Assembly: GCA_002269645.1 (NCBI GenBank)
Contig: NIVC01000892.1
Location: 124,001-188,000, forward strand
Origin: Macrostomum lignano
Lineage: Eukaryota
Direction: 5' to 3'
DNA length: 64,000 bases
Part shown: positions 56,131 to 64,000 of the stretch, in pieces
How the letters are laid out: each line of letters opens with the position of its first letter
Numbering within the stretch: position 1 is the stretch's first letter
Translations under genes and position numbers: made by a program
The notes under the pieces: generated by a model
The model's database searches: none
Told to the model about the DNA's origin: nothing
The model's input: the letters and a program-made list of their open reading frames with translations, nothing else

Positions 56131-57908
56131 TCACCCGCCGAGCGCAACTATTCCAACATCGAGCGGGAGGCTCTGGCGGTCGTCTGGGCAACTCAGCGAG
56201 CAAAGCACTTCCTGTTAGACAAGAAATGCGACCACCAGCCACTGGAATTCATCTTCGGACCCAGTCGGGAGCTTCCCAATGTGACTTCGGCGCGAATCAT
56301 GCGGTGGGCCATTCAGCTTGCCGTATTCGACTTCGACATCGCCTATTCCAAGGGCAACAGCAGCCCGCACGTGGACGCCATGCCCCGGATGCCATTGGAG
56401 AGAGACGATGACGGCGATTCTAGTGGCGATGATGGCTTCATCCACTGGACCGAGGCTTGACGAAATCCGCCAAGGGACAGACATCGATCCAGTGCTCAAG
56501 AGCATCAAGCGCCGGATCCAGAAAAATGTCTGGTCCAACTGCTCGGCTGCAGAGCGTCCGTTCAAGGCTGTCTGTCATCAGTTGACGATCGAAGACGGCG
56601 TCGTATGCTGCGGAGACCTGCTGGTCCCGCCTGTCGCTGTCCGTAGTAAAATTCTGCAGGCGGCTCACGGAGTGACCCACAGCGGAGCGCTGGCGACTCG
56701 AAATCGACTCAAACGCGAAGAAGCATGGTGGCCGGGGCACTGCGATGATGTTGAGCAGTTTGTGAAGCAGTGTACGACATGTACGAAGATCCGACCACTG
56801 CCCAATCGCACGGTGCACACGTGGCCTACCGAGGAGACGCCTTGGAAGCGGGTGCACATGGACCATGCTCACGTGTCGGGAGTCGGCCTGATCCTTGTGC
56901 TGGTTGACGCTTTCTCTGGCTAGCCAGAAGCCGTGCACGTGGCAGACAAGAGCGCGAGGACAGTGATTCGAGTTCTACGGGCCATCTTCGTGAGGCAAGG
57001 CGTGCCGCACACTCTGGTGTCCGACAACGCACCCGAGTTCCACGATCAGGAGCTTCAAGGCTGGCTGGAGCGGATCGGCTGCAATCAGCTCTTCACGCCG
57101 CCGCACCACCCGCAGTCCAATGGCTGCGCCGAGCGGATGGTGCAGACTGTCAAGCGAGGACTCAAGGCGTTTGCAGCTCATCAAGGACCGTTTGACGCAT
57201 ACCTGGCCAAGCTCCTGCTGAACTAGCGAGCGACTCCACGTAGTGACGGCCGAGGCAGCCCCTCGGCGCTGATGGGTCGGCAGCTGAAAAGCCCGTTGAC
57301 GCTGACCTTCGAGACGGATGCCCCGGTCGTTTACCAAGCTCGCCAAAACGCACAGCCAGAACTTGCCGAGTTCGTCGTGCAGGCTGGGCACAGCACGGCG
57401 ATCGTAACCGGACCGAGTCGGACCGGCCCGTTCTGACGCACAGGGACCAACGATTCGAGAGAGTCAGCGACTGTTGAGCGTCCCCAAGCCGATGAACTCG
57501 ATACGGCTGATACGCGGCCCAGAAGGAGCGAGAGCGGCAACAATGGCGTTCCTCCTGATCGCTTGACAGCTCGTTGGTGATGACGAGATGTGCTGCCGGA
57601 GCGCTGAGCTCTAGGCACTGACTAACTAACTAATTATGTATGTTATTATATATGTTATGTATATTATCTAACTAGCTATGTAACTATGTAACTAGCTATG
57701 TACGTGCATCGTACGTGCACAATATTCTTTCCTCTCCCTTCGCTCTGACTGGCCATACCCCTAAGCTTCCATGTACTTGTACATAGTTAATTGTCATCAC
57801 GTGACTCTATTTTGGTGTTCTCTCAGCCCCTGCTCGTATCATTATTACTTGCTACTCGCTAGTTAAAATAAACCTTGGGTTTCTTTATGCCAACTTCACG
57901 GCACGACA
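56131..57908 (+). mobile_element. Ty3/Gypsy LTR retrotransposon, 3' half (rest of RNase H, integrase, 3' LTR 57589-57908), decayed
   Basis: SPAERNYSNIEREALA; integrase H..CTTC, WKRVHMDH, LVSDNAPEF, SNGCAERMV; in-frame stops; LTR TG...CA homologous to the reverse complement of 47773-48023. Confidence 0.92.
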
Positions 57909-58499
57909 GCTACTCGTACAAATCCGTGTACGCTGGCTGGCTGAGCCAAATCAAATCTGTTGGGAAATATGATTAAAATTTTCATAATTTCCTAGTTGGA
58001 CAGTTTCGTAGCACAGATGAAACATTTTTGCTTTCTAAACTTCACGGATTTGAATTCCCTTAAATATCAATCTCTTGGAAAACTAGACTAGATTAAACAA
58101 TTGGCTAGTTTCCGGGACAGTGTTTTTCTTGGAAAGGTCAGTCGCTTCACTTTTTTAAGAACTTACATCTCTTAGAAAGCTCTGTCGCTTTCAATCCAAA
58201 TTTTATTTTTCAAAACGATAGGTTGTTTTCAAATTCTTCTGGATTTATCCTTAAAAAATTTCGTCGCTTTCAATTTTAGAAGGCATCTTGATCTTTCCAT
58301 TTCATTAAAATTTGATTTCTTAAAAAGTGCGTCACTTAGACTTTCTAAAAAATCGGATTTTTAGAAATCTGCTGCTTGCGATTTATTAGTAAAAACTGTT
58401 GCTTTAAATTTCTGGAAATTTATAATTTGATATAAAAGTCTTTTGCTTTCAACTTCTGGAATTTTTTATTTATCAGAAAAGGCTGCAGCATTTTGTCCA

Positions 58500-58970
58500 A
58501 GGCTACAGCGGGGGAGTGGGGTGGGTGAGGAATCCAGGGCTACAGCGGGGGAGTGGGTGGGTTGAGGAATCCAGGGCTACAGCGGGGGAGTGGGGTGGGT
58601 GAGGAATCCAGGGCTACAGCGGGGGAGTGGAGTGTGTTGAGGAATCCAGGGCTACAGCGGGGGAGTGGGGTGGGTGAGGAATCCAGGGCTACAGCGGGGG
58701 AGTGGGTGGGTTGAGGAATCCAGGGCTACAGCGGGGGAGTGGGTGGGTTGAGGAATCCAGGGCTACAGCGGGGGAGTGGGGTGGGTGAGGAATCCAGGGC
58801 TACAGCGGGGGAGTGGGGTGTGTTGAGGAATCCAGGGCTACAGCGGGGGAGTGGGGTGGGTGAGGAATCCAGGGCTACAGCGGGGGAGTGGGGTGGGTTG
58901 AGGAATCCAGGGCTACAGCGGGGAGTGGGGTCGGTGAGGAATCCAGGGGTCCAGCTGAGGAGTGGGGTGG
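58500..58970. repeat. ~37-bp G-rich minisatellite GGAATCCAGGGCTACAGCGGGGGAGTGGGGTGGGTGA
   Basis: About 12 copies read directly. Confidence 0.95.
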
Positions 58971-59837
58971 GTGAATAATCCGCATGATGTATAACACGAC
59001 GCAGCTTCTTTACAAACTCTTTAGACTCCCAATTCCCAACACTATTAGCCAACTAACTTTTCGACTTTACGATGCACAATCGCTTTCGAAGCGACCAGCT
59101 GTCGTTGAGAAATGCTCTGCCACCTACTCTGTCCCACCTTAAGACGCGTCAAACCTGTTGAGAAATTTACTGCTACCAGAGATCATACAGAATTAATATA
59201 TCAACATTCCGGTGTAAAAAGTAGGGTCAAGCGGACGTACGTCTTTCGGACCCCGACGGGTCTGCTTTAAAAAATGTCTAGTTTTTACATCAAATCAAAA
59301 TTATATATAATAATTTTACATTTACATTTCTAAATGGTACGTTTAGATCCGAATCCTCAAAAAATGCAACTTTTTTCGAACGCCGTAAAAATGTTCCATT
59401 GTCTGTGATTTCTATTAGTTTTGGGTTTATTTTTAAGTATTCACCTTTGTGTACTCCTAACAGCACTTTTTGACAGTCCGATTTAAAAAGATACGTCAGA
59501 TGAGAAATGACCCTTGGTAATTATCCAGTTGCATGATTTACTACTTGTGATAGAATAAAAGACGGCGAAGTTTCTTTTCAAACCATATAGTGTGTTGGGG
59601 CTTCGAGATTGCAGTCGCGCGACATAAGGCGCCTTTCAGTTGAAAGCAAATTAATATTTTTGTGTGAATGTTCCATTTTCGTAGTTCATAGACAATTTTT
59701 AACTCTACATCTTCGATTGGGGTGTCGCGTAATACGCATCAACAGTAATTGTACCATGACCTTTGTGCCCGCTGGGCACTTATTCTTGCCTTTTAATGCC
59801 ATAAACTACATTTAAGCCCGCTTGCAGGAGTCACACT

Positions 59838-60013
59838 TACTTTAATGCAAATTAGCGGGCAGTTAATGACATTTAACGCCCGATTGTCTATTTCAAACTT
59901 ACTCTAATGCAAATTAGCGGGCAGTTAATGACATTTAACGCCCGATTGTCTATTTCAAACTTACTCTAATGCAAATTAGCGGGCAGTTAATATCATTAAC
60001 TGCCCGCTAATTT
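59838..60013. repeat. 62-bp tandem repeat (2.5 copies) ending in a perfect 19-bp hairpin
   Basis: AATGCAAATTAGCGGGC recurs at 59844, 59906 and 59968; AAATTAGCGGGCAGTTAAT-ATC-ATTAACTGCCCGCTAATTT at 59973-60013. Confidence 0.9.
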
Positions 60014-60213
60014 TGTCCCACTTTGTCAAGGACACAAATGTCTATGGCACAATGATAGTAATACCCATGCTTTAAGGGCGTTAATGGGAAAATCAGAGGG
60101 CGCCGTTAGAGGTCAAGCTTCACACACAACTGCACCTGCGTGAATGAGAGTTTGATGAGAGTTAGAGAAAATGAATGAGCTCAATGTAGCCCTGAGCCAC
60201 CGAAGAATTCCAG

Positions 60214-60306
60214 ATCTTCATGCTAATTAAAGTCGGGCCAGCTAAGGTTGGCGATAATGAAAGTGCAATGCGTAACCCTGGTGGCATTGTGGTGCCCCTG
60301 AGCTAG
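60214..60306 (+). pseudogene. Orphan, diverged paralogue of the GPCR terminal exon on the plus strand
   Basis: TTCCAG|IFMLIKVGPAKVGDNESAMRNPGGIVVPLS* vs copy A IFMLIKHGPSKVDDMETAMQTSAGITVPQS* (both 30 aa), followed by the same 11-bp repeat. Confidence 0.75.
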
Positions 60307-60945
60307 AATGCAGCTTGCCGATTGACTGCCTACTGACTACCGACTGACTACTGACTACCGACTACCGACTGACACCGACTACCGACTGACTACCGGCTGA
60401 CTACCGACTACCGACTGACTATCGACTACCGACTGACACCGACTAACTACCGACTGACTACCGACTGACTACCGACTGACTTCCGACTGACACCGACTAA
60501 CTACCGACTGACTACCGACTAACTACTGAGAGGCTACGTACTGACTACCTACCTACCGAATAAACAGCTCACAATAACCTCGCAACAATTATACAACACA
60601 CAGCACACACAATATTTTCTAGCTTTATATTTGTACAAATCAGTCACGTTCACGCGATGAATGGTCCAATCAATTGTTGAGTTAAAGCCTTTAGTCTTCA
60701 GTTAAGCGCAGTGTTGTCAAGCAGGTCGCTTAACAAACAAGTTGCTGTATAAAAAAATAGTTTTTCTCATGCCACTCTTATCCTCCATCAACGTACGAGT
60801 ATTTATCGCGCGATGGCCTACAAGCAAAATATACTAGGCTCGTAGCGAGACTGATGTGATTCCTTCTTTTTTACGGGTGCCAGTGCGTCTGCTCTGCGTA
60901 CGAAAGTACCCGACTTATCCGTACATACTCGTAGACACCTGTCCG

Positions 60946-61268
60946 TGTAGAGAAAATAAGACTAAAAACACTAGAACTAAATTAGATGTTAAATTGAATA
61001 CTAAGATACGCCAGTAAGTGGGCGCAGGGCCCAAACAAGTATATTTATATGACTAATTTAGAGGGGGGTTGACTCCAGATAATAAGGAGAGGGGTGAAGT
61101 GCGCGACTGAAGAGAGAGGCGAGAATGGAGAACCAATCAGAAGGCAGCAAGGGAGAGAGAGAGATAAGAATAACAAGATTGAGCTAGACAGAGAGAGAGA
61201 AAACGGAGTAAACAGAGACAATTGAAGGTGAACTAAGAAATGACTAGGAAAGTCGCGACACTCCCCCC
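60946..61268 (-). mobile_element. Putative 3' LTR (60946-61260) with polypurine tract of a minus-strand LTR element
   Basis: Minus strand reads GGGGGGAG|TGTCGCGAC...TCTCTACA; it abuts CCTGTCCG, which continues uninterrupted in the paralogous copy at ~45640. Confidence 0.55.
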
Positions 61269-61739
61269 AAAAAATGGAACATTTTTTGAATTTTCGAGTA
61301 CCATTACCAATTGAAATTAATGAGTTAGAATTAGGTCGAATTAAATTGAAAAACACATTCACAATAAATGGTGTATAAAACGATTTGAAAAATACATAAT
61401 GACTAAGAATTTGAATACAAAAACAGTAGAGCGAATGCAAAATATTAAGACCGAATTTTAAACTTAGATTTTTATTGAGTAGTTTTTGAACCAATGAGAA
61501 GACTGAAAAGACTGAATATATCCACCCTCCCCCTTAAAAATTAGCAATTTTTAATTGTAAATGGCTAGTACAGTTTAGAGAAAACATTAACATTGTCAGT
61601 TGAGTAAGAGAGCTGAGATGAGAGAGATGAGATGAGATGAGAATCAAGTTGATGAAAAGAACAACTGGAGACGACTAGAGACAACTGGAGACACTGACAA
61701 GAGAGGAGGGGACCGAGTGAAGAAAGTTTGACAAAGACC

Positions 61740-62795
61740 GGTGAGATTGACTGCCGACACCGACTCCGAAGACGTGACGACGGCCCGAGTTGAATTGTGA
61801 ATATGCCGCCGGCACCGACTCCGAAGACGAGACCGACAGCCCGAGTTGAAATGCGAATATGCTGCCGGCACCGACTCCGAAGACGAGACCGACAGCCCGA
61901 GTTGAAATGTGAATATGCTGCCGGCACCGACTCCGAAGACGAGACCGGCAACCAGAGATGAGACGATTGAGAGGCCGGCAGACGAGACGATTGAGAGGCC
62001 GGCAACCAGAGACGAGACGATTGAGAGGCCGGCAACCAGAGACGAGACGATTGAGGCCGGCAACCAGAGACGAGACGATTGAGAGGCCGACAAGCAGAGA
62101 CGAGATGATTGAGAGGCCGGCAACCAGAGACGAGACGATTGAGGCCGGCAACCAGAGACGAGACGATTGAGGCCGGCAACCAGAGACGAGACGATTGAGA
62201 GGCCGACAAGCAGAGACGAGATGATTGAGAGGCCGGCAACCAGAGACGAGACGATTGAGGCCGGCAACCAGAGATGAGATGATTGAGAGGCCGGCAACCA
62301 GAGAGGAGACGATTGAGAGGCCGGTAGACGAGACGATTGAGAAGCCGGCAAGCAGAGACGAGACGATTGAGGCCGGCAACCAGAGAGGAGACGATTGAGA
62401 GGCCGGTAGACGAGACGATTGAGAAGCCGGCAAGCAGAGACGAGACGATTGAGGCCGGCAACCAGAGAGGAGACGATTGAGAGGCCGGTAGACGAGACGA
62501 TTGAGAAGCCGGCAAGCAGAGACGAGACGATTGAGAGGCCGGCAACGAGACGATTGAGAGGCCGGTAGACGAGACGATTGAGAAGCCGGCAAGCAGAGAC
62601 GAGACGATTGAGAGGCCGGCAACGAGACGATTGAGAAGCCGGCAAGCAGAGACGAGACGATTGAGAGGCCGGCAACGAGACGATTGAGAGGCCGGCAAGC
62701 AGAGACGAGACGATTGAGAGGCCGGCAACGAGACGATTGAGAGGCCGGTAGACGAGACGATTGAGAAGCCGGCAAGCAGAGACGAGACGATTGAG
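61740..62795. repeat. Compound minisatellites: ~57-bp CCGACTCCGAAGACGAGACC... units, then ~30-bp GAGACGAGACGATTGAGAGGCCGGCAACCA units
   Basis: Direct reading; explains ORFs 61565-62775. Confidence 0.93.
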
Positions 62796-62800
62796 AGCGC

Positions 62801-64000
62801 TATGGGCTGCAGTGTCTCACTTGCATCAAAAGGTTAGAAGCTGCTCTTTCTCGTAATTTTAAATCTCAGGCGAGTTCGCCTCCCACTCAGTCGCAGCAAC
62901 CTCAAGTCAAGCTCCCTAAGCTGCAGGTTCCCACGTTCGATGGGCAGGTTTCAACATGGCAATCATTTTGGGATCAATTCGATTCCTCGATCAATTCAAA
63001 CACCTCACTTTCTGAAATTGACAAGTTTAATTATCTCGTGGCCTCTCTATCTGAGGCGGCAAAGTCATGCATTAGAGGCCTGGCTATCACTGCTGACAAC
63101 TATTCCACTGCGGTGGATATTCTAAAAGAGCGCTTTGGCAAACCCGAGGTGGTTGTCAAGGAGTTAATGCATAAAATCTCGGAGCTCCGCCTGTCTGATG
63201 CATCCCTGCGCTCTCTGCAGCAATTTCACGATGACATTTCTGCTGCCATGCGTAGCCTGAACGCTCAGGGTGTCTCTGCCAATTCTTACGAGTCACTTTT
63301 GGTTCCATCGCTGATGAGCAAGTGCCCATCAGCCTTCCGGTTAGAGCTCCTGAGAGCCGCGCAAATGCAGGGATCGGACATTAATTCACTGGAGAGCCTC
63401 TTGCGATCGCTAAAGCAGGAAATTACGGTTCGCGAAAGTGCTGGGCAAGGGCAGTTCCTGAGTTCGAAAGAGTCGACGAAGTCCTCATCACCTGCTGGCT
63501 CTAGCAGTAGCAAAGCTTCTCCACGGCATTCGTCTGTCTCGACTCTGGTGACACTTCAGCCGAAGGCGTCCAAACAGGCCTCTTCGAAGATCTTCTGCAC
63601 CTACTGCAAAGGCTCACACTCGTCTGAGTCCTGTACCAACCTCGTTTCCGCTGATCAGAGACGGGCCTTTCTTGCGTCTGAGAAGCGCTGCTTTAGGTGC
63701 TTGCGCCTGGGACATTTGGCACCTCAATGCAAAGATCCGAGACCATGTCGGGGCTGCTCAGGTAGACACCATGTCAGCATCTGCATTAAAAATTCACAGG
63801 CAGGCAGGGAGTCAGATAAGCCATCCACGTCCGCCAAGAAACCAGCTTCGCCGCCGAATCAGTGCTTAGCATCTGTGACAGAGTCTTTTGCCTTCACAAT
63901 GTTCATTTCTGACAATCCGGCAGTGGCTCTGCCCGTTGCCAAAGCCATTTTGCTCAGCACAGATGGTCGCCGGGAAATGATGGTGCGTGTTCTGTTTGAC
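62801..64000 (+). mobile_element. BEL/Pao LTR retrotransposon gag and start of protease, open to the window end (not in the ORF track)
   Basis: KLPKLQVPTFDG...WQSFWDQF...DKFNYL...NYSTAVDILKERFG; three Cys-His knuckles CTYCKGSHSSESC, CFRCLRLGHLAPQC, CRGCSGRHHVSIC; ends VRVLFD. Confidence 0.92.

Noticed and set aside
58980-60200. Upstream exons for the plus-strand GPCR terminal exon
   Set aside because: Apart from a chance YNTT match, no 7TM exon could be found, so the exon is treated as an orphan.

Overview
Repeat-rich animal genomic DNA, not prokaryotic: it has GT-AG spliced genes, SINEs, LINE and LTR fragments and many mini/microsatellites. The sequence style suggests a free-living flatworm such as Macrostomum, which is an inference only. 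Most long ORFs in the supplied track are read-throughs of tandem repeats. Genes reconstructed by hand: (1) two tandem, three-exon secreted neuropeptide precursor genes that the ORF track does not recover (7997-9721, 10138-11012, +), both ending ...FLxxRIRM-G-stop with an NPY/NPF-type phase-2 intron in the penultimate Arg codon; (2) a disordered RRxS-rich ORF; (3) an intronless temptin + copper type II monooxygenase with a C-terminal TM helix and one frameshift; (4) a four-exon RDH11-14-like short-chain dehydrogenase; (5) two intact-looking ~13-exon GABA-B-like class C GPCR paralogues plus fragments of further copies. A single Gypsy LTR insertion (matching GCTAC target-site duplication) is split into two opposite-strand halves about 10 kb apart, implying an inversion that carries the second GPCR copy. 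A BEL/Pao gag runs off the right end.
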